A DNA stretch of 64,000 nt from Eledone cirrhosa (GCA_964016885.1 OZ024751.1:14880001-14944000); one strand, 5' to 3'; counted from the stretch's first letter, positions 1 to 15,308 are shown. Numbers and translations are program-made. The notes: generated by a model from the sequence alone, not told the origin.

Positions 1-46
1 ACATTTTGGACAATCATTATACATACATGCGCACACACAGACACAC

Positions 47-82
<36 letters not shown>

Positions 83-329
83 ACACATATATATATATAT
101 AGGCAAACATGTTCACATGCGCGCACACAAACAGATACACACATAGACACACAAACATATACATAGAAGCAATCTTGTTTACACATACACATACGCACAC
201 GCACAAACCATCTGCCACACAGATATTTACAAGGATATATATGATATATAAATATAAATTCATAAGTGGAAGGAAACCAATAAGATCTATCTATCCCTCT
301 CAGTCTGTCTGTCTGTCTCTATATATACA

Positions 330-399
<70 letters not shown>

Positions 400-400
<1 letters not shown>

Positions 401-538
401 GTTATTCCGGGTTGAATCGGAGATAACCACAGTAACTAAGGTACTCAATACATAGCAGAGTATAAAAGTTTTAATATAGATGAGATTCTACAGGACTAGA
501 ACTGTTTCATTCTTTAGAAATCATCAGGAATCGGCTTT

Positions 539-540
<2 letters not shown>
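400..540 (-). mobile_element. Short Penelope-like (PLE) 3' fragment between microsatellites
   Basis: Hammerhead followed by an ~85 nt tail containing TATTGAGTAC (minus strand), ending in (TA)n. Confidence 0.65.
484..532 (-). ncRNA. Type I hammerhead ribozyme motif, intact
   Basis: Minus strand reads GATTC-CTGATGA-T TTC TAAA GAA T-GAAA-CAG TTCTAGTC CTG-TA-GAATC: 5-bp stem I, full core, stem III, GUA site. Confidence 0.85.
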
Positions 541-628
<88 letters not shown>

Positions 629-772
629 TATATATATATACATATATATATATATGTGTATATATGTATATATATGTATATATATATATATATGTGTGTA
701 TATATGTATATATATGTATATATATATATATATGTGTGTATATATGTATATATATATGTGTATATATGTATA

Positions 773-873
<101 letters not shown>

Positions 874-910
874 GAATATATATATATATATATGTTTATA
901 TAAATATGTA

Positions 911-982
<72 letters not shown>

Positions 983-990
983 AATATATA

Positions 991-1042
<52 letters not shown>

Positions 1043-1327
1043 AAAGTTCAATTTAAATTGTTGGGATACAACAAGCAAATATTTTTATAACTGATATAAA
1101 GCACTCAACAAATAAGATAAACACATAAATATATATATATAGAGAGAGAGAGAGAGACAAACATATGTATATATAATGTAGCTTTCTTTATGTGTTTGTG
1201 TGTATACGTGCGTTTGTGTATATGTGTGTGTATATGTGTGAACGTCATTATGCCCTAAGTATTGTGGTAAAACTCACAGAGACATGAAGAAATGGAGAAG
1301 GAATGGAAGGCTATAAATATTAGTATA

Positions 1328-2336
1328 TTACCACCACCACCACTACTGCCATTGCTACCACCACGACCACCACCACCACCACCATTATATTACCACCACC
1401 ACCACCACCACCACTTCTACTATTACCACTACTACCACCACCATCACTACTGCCACCACCACCACCACTACCATCACTACTGCCATTGCTACCACCACCA
1501 CCACCACCACCACTTCTACTATTACCACTACTACCACCACCATCACTACTGCCACAACCACCACCACCGTCACTACTATTACCATCATCACTACCACCAC
1601 CACCATCACTGCCTCTACTATTACCACCACCACTGCCACTACTACTACCACCACCACTACTGCCACTACTATTACCATCACCACCACCACCACCACCACC
1701 ACCACTGCCACTATATTACCATCACCATCACCATCACCAAAGCCTCTACTATTACCACCACCATCACCACTGCCACTACAACTACCACCACTATCACTAC
1801 TAACCCACCACCACCACCATCACCACTGCCACTACAACTACCACCACTATCACTACTAACCCACCACCACCACCATCACCACTGCCACTACAACTACCAC
1901 CACTATCACTACTAACCCACCACCATCACCATCACCACTGCAACTACCACCACTATCACTACTAACCCACCACCATCACCATCACCACTGCCACTACAAC
2001 TACCACCACTATCACTACTAACCCACCACCACCACCATCACCACTGCCACTACAACTACCACCACTATCACTACTAACCCACCACCACAACCATCACCAC
2101 TGCCACTACAACTACCACCACTATCACTACTAACCCACCACCACCACCATCACCACTGCCACTACAACTACCACCACTATCACTACTACCCCCCACCACC
2201 ACTGCTACCACTACTACCATCAGCTCCATTACCATCGATATCACTAACACAATCACTTCTACCACTAACGACACCACCACCACCACCACCACAACCATTA
2301 CCTCCACCAACACCATTACCACCACCACCACCCATC
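1328..2336. repeat. (CAC/ACT)n trinucleotide region with a ~50-bp recurring unit
   Basis: CACCACTGCCACTACAACTACCACCACTATCACTACTAACC recurs across 1765-2190. Confidence 0.9.
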
Positions 2337-2339
2337 ATA

Positions 2340-2565
2340 ACCCTCAATAACATCACGAGAGTTTCACATAGGTCGTTCGACCTGCTAGAAATAGCAGCTA
2401 AATTCCTTTCAACCACACTTCTACCGTGTCGAAAATAAGGAAAGACAAATTGAACAGCATTGTTCTAGTACCTCTACGTAGATGGGATGGTCAAGTTTGG
2501 AATGGCTTGGATCATAGATCGGTCTGTTCTAGCAAGGATGACATGCAGTTAAATAACAACAGCAG
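2340..2565 (+). mobile_element. Interspersed repeat (SINE-like 3' part) with AAC tail
   Basis: Shares GCTAGAAATA(G/A)CAGC, GGTCAA and GATCATAGATC blocks and an AAC tail with 43410-43650. Confidence 0.55.
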
Positions 2566-3316
2566 CGCCACCTTTATCACCACATTACCACTACCATCAG
2601 ATGCATCACCACCATTACTACCACCACCACCACCACCACCACAACTGCCATCAGCTCCATTACCAGCAATACCAGTAACACCAATACCACTACCACCATT
2701 ACCACTAACACCATCATAAACATAATCACCACCACCATTACTACCACTATAATTATCATCATCAGCATCATCATCTCGATCAACGACGACGTCTGTAATA
2801 ATGGCTTCCAAATACCTGCAACCAATCAGCAGTCGAAGTTTGCAAAAGCTGGCTTCTGATTGGTTGGTTGTTGATAGCACTCTTAAAGCCTTTCACGCTC
2901 ACACAATCTGCCACTTGGAATCAAAGAGAGAAGAGAGGAAAAAAGAAAGAGAGAGAAATAAAGACAAGGGAGGGGAGTGATAGAGCGAGTGTGACATAGA
3001 GAGAGAAGAGACAGCGCTGACAGTTTTACATTCATACACACGCACATAAAGACAGACACACACACACACACACACATATGTATACACATACACACGTTTA
3101 TCTTATGGACGTCAATTACAAATGCGAGCACAGGACCACACAAAAACACACACATACACACACACACATATATATATATATACACACACAAACATAGATT
3201 GACACACATGCAAGCACTGGAGCATTATCCATTATCTGAGAAACACTATCCGCCCTCTATTTACACATGGGAGCACAAACATACATACACATATATGTAT
3301 AAACACTCATTCAAAC

Positions 3317-3349
<33 letters not shown>

Positions 3350-3871
3350 GTCATAAATATATTGAGAGAAAAAGAGAGTGGGGTTCACACATTCACATTC
3401 ATGTATACAAACATACACAGAAAAAAAACGCACATATATATATATACGTGTGCGTGTGTTTCTGTGTTACATACATCTATATTCAGGAAAAGTAAGCACA
3501 TTTATACACACTAGTACTTGTAGACAGACATGTATGAACACATATGCACTCAAAGCATAAACAAGTACACATACATACACACAAACATATCTTTATCGAG
3601 AAAAAACTCTATGGCGCTCTCTTATACATTAAAATAGAGTCTCACACACACACATACATAATTACATACATACACACACAGGCAAAGCTATAGATACACA
3701 CACACAAGCGCATCCTTGTATGTATAACGAACATACACATACACTAAAAAACAACAGCTTGGCTATATCTATCTATACCCATAAATATATGCATGTATAT
3801 ATGTATGTGTGTGTGTGCATGTAGAATTTCGATTCCATCTTTCTATTTGCTTATGTGCATATATATATATG

Positions 3872-3988
<117 letters not shown>

Positions 3989-4086
3989 CGTGTATATAAA
4001 AACGTACATATAAGAAATACATGTTTGTATGTGTGTCTGTTTGTTCATACATATGTACATATGAAGAAATATCTAGTTTGCTTGTT

Positions 4087-4149
<63 letters not shown>

Positions 4150-4268
4150 TTGTGTGTGTTAACATGTCCATATATATATATATATATATATATGTAATTG
4201 TCTCTCTCTATATATGTGTGTGTTTAAATACACACACAGATGTCTGTTTAAATACACACACAGATAAG

Positions 4269-4308
<40 letters not shown>

Positions 4309-5330
4309 GATACATATTTTTGTATATTTACACACTCATCTATCACCGAGGCACGTAACTACACGCACACATACGTATACATTGACACAAACAGTTTATG
4401 ACATAAACACTCGAAAACAATTTACTACAGACACACAGACACTTGAACACATACATTCAAAAGCAAACACACACACACATATACATACACACACTTTAGG
4501 TATAGCAACCATCTACATATATATATATAAATATACATATATATATATATATTATGGAATACTGTTGGCTTTTTGCTACAATGTTTTCTATACCTTTCAT
4601 TTATATATATATATGTGTGTGTATGTTTTGTGTGTGTATGTATGTATGTATATATACAGGCATACATACATATTCATACATAAATAGAGACACATAAACG
4701 CACACACACACAAAATACAGCCAAGCTGTTGTTCTTATATCTTTCCCCGTCTTCACAACATACATACATACATACGCACATACACACACGCACATACACA
4801 CACGCACATACACACACACTCTCTCTCTCTCTACTCAAAGCCTTCTATATATTGCTGTTGTCGTATTGTCAGGCACACAGTTTAAGTACACACACAAACT
4901 TGGAACACACATGCAGTAAAAATACACATATACACACACACAACAAAGCACCTTTATACAGGAAATCTGCACACATAGTACACACACGCATACATAGAGT
5001 CACACACACACATACATTTTAAATACAATACAAAATTTGACTCTACACAAGCATACACACAATGAAACCTTACAGATTTTCAAATACATATATATACATA
5101 CATCTGTATATAAACAAATATTCACACACACACATATATATGTATAGGTGTGTGAGCAGTTTAAAATCTGTATGTATCGTTTAATGTATACATACACACA
5201 AACAGATAAATATGTATATATGTATACACACACATATAATATATATATATATTAAAAACAATGAAATTATATATATATATATACGTGTATATATATAATA
5301 TATATATATATATACGTAACGTTTAATTCC

Positions 5331-5374
<44 letters not shown>

Positions 5375-5777
5375 GGAATTAAACGTTACACATACATGTT
5401 ACAACTGTATATACATACGTTGTATATATATACACACATTTTATATACATTATAAACATGTGGTTGAAACAACGTTACACACACACATTTATATACATAC
5501 ATACATGGTTATATACACAGAGCTATGTCTACTCACACGTTACATACACCATACACTACACATGTGCGTGTATACACACACACATGTGTAGTGTATGTGT
5601 ATACATATACCCAGCCCTTATATATATATATATATATACGTACACACACACACATATATATAAATAAATAAATATATATATATATATTAAGGTTTGTACA
5701 TACATACAGATATGTGTGTATGTTCACACATACACACATGCAGACACAAACAGAACTATCTCTATATATATTTATTT

Positions 5778-5831
<54 letters not shown>

Positions 5832-5937
5832 ATATATATATAAACGTGTATACATACACATATATATATATGTATGTTCACACATACACACATTGACAAA
5901 TTTCAGACACAAACAGATCAATCTCTATCGCTTTATC

Positions 5938-5973
<36 letters not shown>

Positions 5974-5997
5974 TGTATGTATGTGTGTGTGCGCGTG

Positions 5998-6035
<38 letters not shown>

Positions 6036-6303
6036 GGGCTCACATCACCCTCTTTCCCAACGCCTATGATGACAGTATGAGGGGGGGGTGTTCTCTCACC
6101 ACCACCGCCGCCACTACCCTACACTCCCTTCTCACCTTCCTCTCTCTATCACCCCATTTCCTCTCTGTCACCTTCTCCCTCCTTTTCGTTACTTTTCTAC
6201 CAAACAACACTCTCTCTCTTTCTCTCTCCTCCCACTACCACACCCCACCATATCCAATGTTTTACACTCATCCAGCAGTCAGTCATTTGTCATGCACATT
6301 CAT

Positions 6304-6354
<51 letters not shown>

Positions 6355-6439
6355 CATACACGTACATATACATATATACATACATATATTATATACACGC
6401 ACATATACATACATAAATATACTCATATATCATACATAT

Positions 6440-6470
<31 letters not shown>

Positions 6471-7139
6471 AATATTCACATACATACATATGCACATATG
6501 TACATACATACACACGGGCATACATACATATAATCATATATACATACACACACATATATATATATATATACAGATACATACATTTATACACACGTACATA
6601 CAGACATAAATACACATATATATATATACATACATACATATATATATACATACACACACACATATATATATACAGATACATACATTTATACACACGTACA
6701 TACAGACATAAACACACATATATATATACATACATATATACACATATATATACATACATACATATATACATACATACATATATACATACACATGTACATA
6801 CATAAACACGCAACACAACATACACACTCATACAAAAATGTTCACATATATCCATATAAACATAGAATTTTGCACACATCATCCGCAGTACACAATCTCA
6901 CACACAGCTACTCTCACATTCACAGGCGCATACATAGAAATAGACAGTCACAGAGCCTCATACATACATACACAACAATACAGCGATACACACATTCACA
7001 GACACATACATAGACATATACACAAGCACATACACAGTCACTTATATACAGACGTATACATAGACATACACGGCTACACAGCCATTAATAAACTGTCACA
7101 CATACACAACTATTTATACACAGACACATAGACACAGGT

Positions 7140-8030
7140 ACAGTCACACACATATACATACACACCACTTTTACACAACCACACACATATACATACACAA
7201 CACTATACACATTCACACACATACATACAAACCACTTCTACACAACCACACACACATATACATACACAACACTACATATTCACTCACACACATGTACATA
7301 CACAACACTCTACAGATCCACACCCTCACATATACATACACAACACTATACAGATTCACACTCACATATACATACACAACACTCTACAGATTCACACACA
7401 CACACATATACATACACAACACGTCTACACAGCCACACACATACACACACACATTCACATACACAACACTATACACGTACACACCACTTCTATACAGCCA
7501 CACACATATACATACACAACACTACACACACACACACATATTGTACCTTTTATATAAACTACTCAACTCTTTCTTTCTCTCTTACTCTCTCTATTTACTT
7601 TACTCTCTTTCTCTCTCTTTTATTTCTCACTCCCTTACTCTCTCTATATTTCACTCTCTCTGTATTCTTTACTCTCTCTATATTTCACTCCCTCTCTCTC
7701 TTTTATTTCTCACTCCCTTACTCTCTCTATATTTCACTCCCTCTGTATTCTTTACTCTCTCTCTCTCTTTTATTTCTCACTCCCTTACTCTCTCTATATT
7801 TCACTCCCTGTTTTCTTTACTCTCTCTCTTTTATTTCTCACTCCCTTACTCACTCTATATTTCATTCCCTCTATATTCTTTACTCTCTCTATATTTCACT
7901 CCCTCTGTATTCTTTACTCTCTCTATATTTCACTCTCTTTGTATTCTTTACTCTCTCTCTCTTTTATTCACCCTTTTATTTCTCACCCCCTTACTCACTC
8001 TATATTTCACTCACTCTATATTCTTTATTC
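7140..8030. repeat. CA-rich degenerate minisatellite followed by CT-rich minisatellite
   Basis: CATATACATACACAACACT repeats at 7140-7540, then TATTTCACTCCCT..TTACTCTCTCT repeats at 7560-8030. Confidence 0.85.
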
Positions 8031-8355
8031 CCCCCCCCCTCTGACTCACATTCTGAAGCTTTTCTCTCTGATTTTTATCTCATCTCATTAATTTTTTTAT
8101 ATTATTTTCCATCTCTCTTTTTGTGTGTGTGTATATATATACTTGTGTGTGTTTGTGTATATATATTTGTGTGTTTGTGTATATATATTTGTGTGTTTGT
8201 GTATATATATGTGTGTGTGTATCTAAATCTGTGTGTATATATATATATATATATGTGTGTATATATCTATGTGTGTGTATGTATATATATATGTGTGTGT
8301 GTATATATATATCTGTGTGTGTATATATATATATATATATGTGTGTATATATATA

Positions 8356-8398
<43 letters not shown>

Positions 8399-8992
8399 AT
8401 GTATGTATGTGTGTGTGTGAATTCTGTTCTCTGATTCTATCTCTTGTCTTCTATTTATTACTTTTTGTACTACAAACACACAGCCTCACACATACATACA
8501 TACAAACACAAACTCACACATACACATACACACTCTCTCCCCCTCTCTCATACTGTAGTAATCTTTACTCCCCCTCTCTCTATCTCTATCCTATCTTTTC
8601 TCTCTACTCTCTCTCAGTCTTTCATTGTTTTTTGTCACTCAGACATGTTTTTACCTTTTACTCAGTTTTTATCTCCAATTTATAACCACGCACAGACTCA
8701 CACACGTACACACATACACACACACACACACAAACGCATTCACACACTACACAGGCACACATACACACATACAAACAAATTCACACACTCACACACATTA
8801 TAGAGGCGCACATATACAAACATAGAAATACATTTACACACACACACACTCACACAAGCATACACAAACGTACAGACACATTCACACACACACACACACA
8901 TATACACACGTACAGAGGCACGCATACAGAAACGTAGAAACATTCACACACACATACACACTCACACAAGCATACAAACACATTCACACGCT

Positions 8993-9035
<43 letters not shown>

Positions 9036-9361
9036 ATACACAAACGTACAAACGCATTCACACAGAGGCAAGCATACACAAACTTACAAACACATTTATA
9101 CACTTACAAACGCACGCACACACAAGCATACACAAACGTACAAACCCATTCACACACAGAGGCACGCATAAACAGACTCACAAACATATTCACTTACACA
9201 CACATGAACAAATATTCGCAAAACTGAGTAATAATATAAAGGGTAACCTCAACACTATGTGTGTGTGTGAATACACGTGCTTTTTCTCAAAAACTGTTTT
9301 TCCGTCCCTCCCTCTTCTCACACTCTTCTATCTTTCTATTTCATCTTTTATTTCTCATTCT

Positions 9362-9424
9362 CTCTTCTGATGAAGGATTAGTGTCCGAAACGTTGACTTT
9401 TCCTACTACAGGAAGCGTTAAACT
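9362..9424 (+). ncRNA. Degenerate hammerhead-like motif in a TA-terminated insert (~9230-9480)
   Basis: CTGATGA-A-GGA TTAGTG TCC-GAAACGTT; stem I pairing is poor. Confidence 0.5.
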
Positions 9425-9474
9425 AATATGCTTCTTCATTGTATTTTATCGTTTGCTTTGTTATTTCTCTTTAC

Positions 9475-9527
<53 letters not shown>

Positions 9528-9532
<5 letters not shown>

Positions 9533-9655
9533 ATTGTTTCTACTTTAGGCACAAGGCCAGCAATTACCCAGTGCATTACTGGTACTTTATTTTATCGACC
9601 CCATAAGGATGAAAGGTAAAGTCAACCTCGGCGGGATTTGAACTCAGATCGTAAA
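9528..9655 (-). mobile_element. SINE family A, 5'-truncated
   Basis: Reverse complement of GAGTTCAAATCCCGCCGAGGTTGACTTT..TTTCATCCTT..GGTCGATAAAATAAAGTACCAG..TAGAAACAATT. Confidence 0.85.
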
Positions 9656-9659
9656 ATAT

Positions 9660-9985
9660 ATAATAATAATAATAAATTTGAAGACTAAAATCCAAAGAGG
9701 GCTCGATAAGGATAAATATATATCAAATATATAAGAACCGTAGAGCAAATATTTATTAAAATAACAGATTAAAGTTTAAGCAAAGAATCGCTGCTTTCAC
9801 CCTTAACGGGATCTTCTGAAACTGACAAAGTCAATCTGTGAACGCAGAAGTGAATATATCAAAAAACGTTGCAACCGGAGGAAGACAGGAAGAAGATACT
9901 TTGGTTCGTGGAAACGTTCCCTATGCAAATAAGTAATGGTATAAACATAACATATACTTATATAAATGGTATAAACATAACATAT
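9660..9985 (-). mobile_element. PLE-like 3' fragment with hammerhead; second copy at 52477-52655
   Basis: 9660-9757 is nearly identical to 52478-52573, and 9750-9820 matches the reverse complement of 52584-52655. Confidence 0.7.
9773..9823 (-). ncRNA. Hammerhead motif, CAGAAGA core variant
   Basis: AGTTT-CAGAAGA-T CCC GTTAA GGG T-GAAA-GCA..TGC-TT-AAACT; all three stems pair. Confidence 0.65.
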
Positions 9986-9994
9986 ATATATATA

Positions 9995-10217
9995 TAACGG
10001 AGGAAATGTGGTAAGGAACCAGGTGGACCATAACGCACCAAAGTACTCAATACTTAGGGTAGTAGAGTGGGTAATAGGAACGAGTAGGACCCCGACGGCT
10101 GAGCTCAAGCCGTTTCGACGGCTAATTCTGGACGGAATTAGCCGTCCAGAATTAGCCGTCCAAAATTAGCCGTCGAAACGGCTTGAGCTCAGCCGTCGGG
10201 GTCCTACTCGTTCCTAT
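9995..10217 (-). mobile_element. Fold-back element family F, copy 1 (3' half-hammerhead plus tail)
   Basis: ~60-bp inverted arms containing GAAACGGC..GCCGTC, with a 3x AATTAGCCGTC stutter at the apex; flanked by (TA)n. Confidence 0.85.
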
Positions 10218-10681
10218 ATATATATATATATATATTGTTATGCTTTGGGAGGGTCATGTTGCCAATAAGTGCAAATTCAGAAACGAAATAAATATATAAA
10301 TATATATATTAGAAAGATCGAGTATCGAAAAATCGGCGCACGAGTTAACGAAAAACGAAATTCGATATGAGCGGCAGAGGGCTCAATAATTCAGATGAAT
10401 CAGAGCTATAACTATCGTTAAAATACCGTCACATATAGAACAAGTCCACAATCAACCATACGATTTAAAATCGATAAAGGAAGATTCGGGCCAAACAGAT
10501 AAAAAATATCAATAAAACAATACGTCAATAATTTAAATGAATGTAAATTTAAATGAATGTAAATTTAAATATATATATATATATATTCATACAAATGATA
10601 AAACAGTAGAGATTTCCAGAGGTTGATTGAAGGGGTTGGATTGTCCGTTTTCCCGTTATCTCTGACCTGTGCATCCCCTTT

Positions 10682-10797
<116 letters not shown>

Positions 10798-11259
10798 GGG
10801 GGGAGGAGAGATAGCAAGTTCATTTAGTACACGGATCTATACTTATAAACCAGTGTAGTGTCCTGCCATATTTGAGAAATAGTAATAAGACTGATCTTAT
10901 CAGTTTGATAATGGAATGTTGTCCTCTTGCAGGAATTCTGTAACAGAATCGGCTAAATTATTTAACAGGAAGGGGAAATGAACTTTACAACTCACATTTA
11001 TGCAGCTTTAGTTGGCTTTCCTCGAGGTTACATCTCATAACAAGTTTCTCGATCATTTTACTTTAATGATAGAAGCTCTACTCTTATCACGAACAGCAAG
11101 ACGAAATGAAACATCTTGCCCGTTTTAGTTAATGAACCCTTGCTCTTATGATAATATGTCCAACTTGCACCTTAACCACTAGGTCACGAGAAGAGACGAA
11201 GATGAATTTGAGGAAACATTCCACCGGTTCGTTTCCACTTATAAACATGGCAGTAGGTG

Positions 11260-11620
11260 TAGGTGCGTGGCTTAGTGGTTTGGGTGATCAGCTCATCATC
11301 GTAATGTTATGAGTTCGATTCCCGGACCGGGCAGTACGTTGTGCCCTTAAGCACGACGTTTTATTTCACGGTCCTCCAGTCCACGCAGCTGACAAAAATG
11401 AGTTGTACCAGTAATTCAAGGGGCAAGCCTTATCACACGTTGCGTCACACTGAATCTCCCGGAGAACTACGTTAAGGGTGTATGCGTCTGTGGGATGCTC
11501 GGCCACTTGCACGTTAATTTCAAGAGCAGGCAGGAAACAACAGGAGCACTCGTGGTCGGAAACGACGGATGTCCAGCGAACACAATCTGACAGTAATTGT
11601 CTTATTACTGGTATGGAGTT
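11260..11620 (+). mobile_element. tRNA-derived SINE family B
   Basis: A box GTGGCTTAGTGG and B box GAGTTCGATTCC; body similar to 41100-41380. Confidence 0.85.
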
Positions 11621-11915
11621 TATCGATCTGTGTTGAAATGAAAATACAAGGAAAGTACAGAGAAATATCGATCCCCGTTGATATGAAAGTACAGAGAAAT
11701 ATCAATCTCCGATGAAATGAAAGTACAGAGAAATATTGATCTCTGTTGAAATGAAAGTACAGAGAAATATCGATCCTGTTGAAATAAAAGTACAACGGAA
11801 ATATAGCGAAATATCGATCCTGTTGAAATGAAAGTACAACAAAAGTATTAAAAAATATCGATTTCTGTTGAAATGAAAGTACAACGGAAGTAGAGAGAAA
11901 TATTTGGTCCCGGCG
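11620..11915. repeat. ~33-39 bp minisatellite, ~8 copies
   Basis: ATCGATC..GTTGAAATGAAAGTACA..GAAAT repeated. Confidence 0.9.
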
Positions 11916-12061
11916 GACATTGATGCGAGAAATGTGAATGTCACGTGGTGAGTTATCTCTCGATGTCTTTGTTACATTACCATCTGTTCTAATGAACGAC
12001 GAAAAGTTAAATTTAATTATACTTTCAACTGTAAACATTAGTAAAAAAAGGATAAACAGAA

Positions 12062-12578
<517 letters not shown>

Positions 12579-13193
12579 TTTTTTTTTTTTTTTTTGTTAG
12601 TTTGAAAAACTTAATTGAATAAATGAATAATTGATTGAAGAAAACAATTTTAACAATGTCTTAATTAAATTTGTTCATGAATTTCCTTCTGATTCCAAGA
12701 AGACACAATTAGAATGTAGAGCGTCTCGGGTATTTTACGATGCCTTCTAGTATAGATTAAAGGTAATTTCACTTGCTCACGGCATACCAAATAGCAATTG
12801 TCAACTGGGTTGGCCGATATAATAAACAACACGATCATATTAACTTTTGCTTGTAATTTGATGTGAGTTAATAACTTTGAGTGAAAGAAGACAATATAAT
12901 TACTGTAATGTTTAATCAAGGGATTTATAATAAATTAGAGCTACATAACTATTATACAGAACACGAGATGTATTCCTTACTACGATAGAAGGAAGGTTTT
13001 ACTCTGAAAATGGCGGCTATGTTGTTGAGTTCCATTTTAATATATAGAATTTAGCACAACTCTCAAGAGAATTGAATTTTAAATAATAAATTACAGTATA
13101 ATACACACATACACACAGATATATATACACACAGTAATACGCTATCACATACACACACACAGACACAGACACACACACATATATGTATATACG

Positions 13194-13249
<56 letters not shown>

Positions 13250-13371
13250 CATACATTGAGTATAAACATATGTACATATATATACATATATATGTACATA
13301 TGTATGCACATTAATATATCTAAATTAAATAAAAATTAACTATAAACATACTGTATAATTAAATAAAAATG

Positions 13372-13402
<31 letters not shown>

Positions 13403-13579
13403 CGTGTGTAATATATATATACATACATATATGCGTGTGTATATATACATATATATGTGTGTGTATGTATGTATGTATGCATGAATGTGTGTATGCATGT
13501 ATGTATGTATGCATGTATGTATGCATGCTTGTATGTTTGTATGTATGTATGTATGTATGTATGCACGTATGTATGAATG

Positions 13580-14141
13580 TACAACCTGTCTCATGGTCGG
13601 GTCGTTGGCGACTAAACTGGCAACCCCACCAAGATTTCTTGGTGAGGAGGGTGACTTTGGACATCCTGCAGGACTAAAAACAAAACCTGTCAATGGGCAA
13701 AGGAGCTCATAAGAGCCAATGGCCATCCAAAATCACCGGCAGAGATGACCCCTTAGCCTTTGTCAAGGCAGAATTCTAGAAGGAAAACTCTGATATAACA
13801 CCTGCAACCTTGATGGTATCCAATGATGTTGACTTGTTCTTTTTGGTAAATATCATCTTGGTTAGGAGAGTGGGACTGGCTTTGTGCAGTGCCTTTGCTC
13901 ACTATAAAAGCTTCACGGCACAGGCATTGCTTTATATCTGGAGATCTCTCTGCACTTGTTGTTACATGGTACCATGGGCCCAGCACTGTGTCAATGATTG
14001 TCACAGGTGTAGTGTTTGTACCAGAGTTTTCAAGTCGCTGGCTGGACTAAAAAGTCACACTCGCTCAGCGTATCGGTAGGGGTTCTCCTACATGGATATA
14101 AAGTAGTGGCCGTACTCGAAAACGAGTTGGCAGCCACCATA
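13580..14141 (+). mobile_element. Internally deleted RTE-like non-LTR element (5' UTR plus 3' end)
   Basis: RTE-type 5' motif AGAAGGAAAACTCTGATATAACACC; 3' frame encodes C2H2-like CSVCTRVFKSLAGLKSHTR; terminal hairpin CTCG AAAA CGAG, then (TA)n. Confidence 0.65.
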
Positions 14142-14444
14142 TATATATATATGTATGTATATTCCTAACCGTTCGAGTTTGTTTACTTTTCTGTTTTATC
14201 AAGTTTCAAACCTAAGGGGCGAGGGAGGCATCAGATACCCCCCCCCCCCCACAATATATATATAGTGTATACACACATACACATACATGCACACATACAT
14301 ACACACCATACATATATACATACATATATATATATGCCTCTTCCTGCTATATCAAGTGTTAACCTAATATATCCCTTCCATATACTGTACCGATTGTGTT
14401 GTTATTTCTGTTTACCTTTTACATACCCCACCCCATATATATAT

Positions 14445-14635
14445 AAAACGAAGGAGTTGTGGTAAGGAACCAGATGGACCATAACGCACCAGAGTACTCA
14501 ATACTTAGGGTAGTAGAGTAGGTAATAGTAAAATGTATGACCCCGACGGCAGAGCTCAAGCCGTTTCGACGGCTATTTCTGAAATAGCCGTCGAAACGGC
14601 TTGAGCTCTGCCGTCGAGGTGATACATTTTCCTAT
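14445..14635 (-). mobile_element. Fold-back family F, copy 2
   Basis: Same tail as copy 1; apex GACGGCTATTTC-T-GAAATAGCCGTC. Confidence 0.85.
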
Positions 14636-14640
14636 ATATA

Positions 14641-14990
14641 TTTAAAAGTTAAACAAGGTTCAATGAATACATCAAAGAATGAGTTTTACAATAGATTGGA
14701 AGCACTCAACAGAGAGTTTTCCAGAGTTATTAATATTAATTCAAAATATTAACAAAATAGATATTCTTGTGATCAAGTACTGAGTTAAGTTCAACAGTAG
14801 TTAAGATTCAGGCATGACTACCATGACTGAATCTTAACCATCTACTATGTCAGGGTAGGTATGTCATGCATCATCTTATTTTATCTGATGAGGACGTACT
14901 GTTGAACTTAACTCAGTACCTCTGAAATATGTATAATAAAATATACTTGATCACAAGAATATCTATTTTGTTAATATTTTGAATTAATAT
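14641..14990. mobile_element. PLE-like insert: antisense tail plus inverted hammerhead segment
   Basis: 14733-14779 is the reverse complement of 14944-14990; 14777-14799 is the reverse complement of 14897-14919. Confidence 0.75.
14877..14943 (+). ncRNA. Type I hammerhead motif with palindromic stem III
   Basis: TATTTTAT-CTGATGA-GGA C GTACTG..CAGTAC C TCT-GAAA-TATGTA-TA-ATAAAATA; 8-bp stem I. Confidence 0.85.
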
Positions 14991-15099
14991 ATATATATAT
15001 ATGAGGAGGAACGATCGACTTTCGTCAAATACGACCGAGGGAACAATGTTTCCGTTGGTCTTTCCAATTGCTAATACTATCTATCGGTCGCAACTCCAG

Positions 15100-15218
15100 G
15101 TAGAAGGAGCAACGTGAAATAAAGTGTCTTGCTCAAGGACATAACGCATCACCTGGTCCAGGAATCGAACTCACAACCTTACGATTGCGGATCCAATTCC
15201 CTAACCACTCAGCCATAT
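15100..15218 (-). mobile_element. SINE family B head
   Basis: Reverse complement of TGGCTGAGTGGTTAGGG..GTGAGTTCGATTCC..GTCCTTGAGCAAGACAC. Confidence 0.85.
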
Positions 15219-15232
15219 GTGTATATATATAC

Positions 15233-15308
<76 letters not shown>

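Noticed and set aside
11260-11335. tRNA genes (also at 41100 and 16330-16402)
   Set aside because: A/B boxes run into SINE bodies and no intact cloverleaf can be folded.
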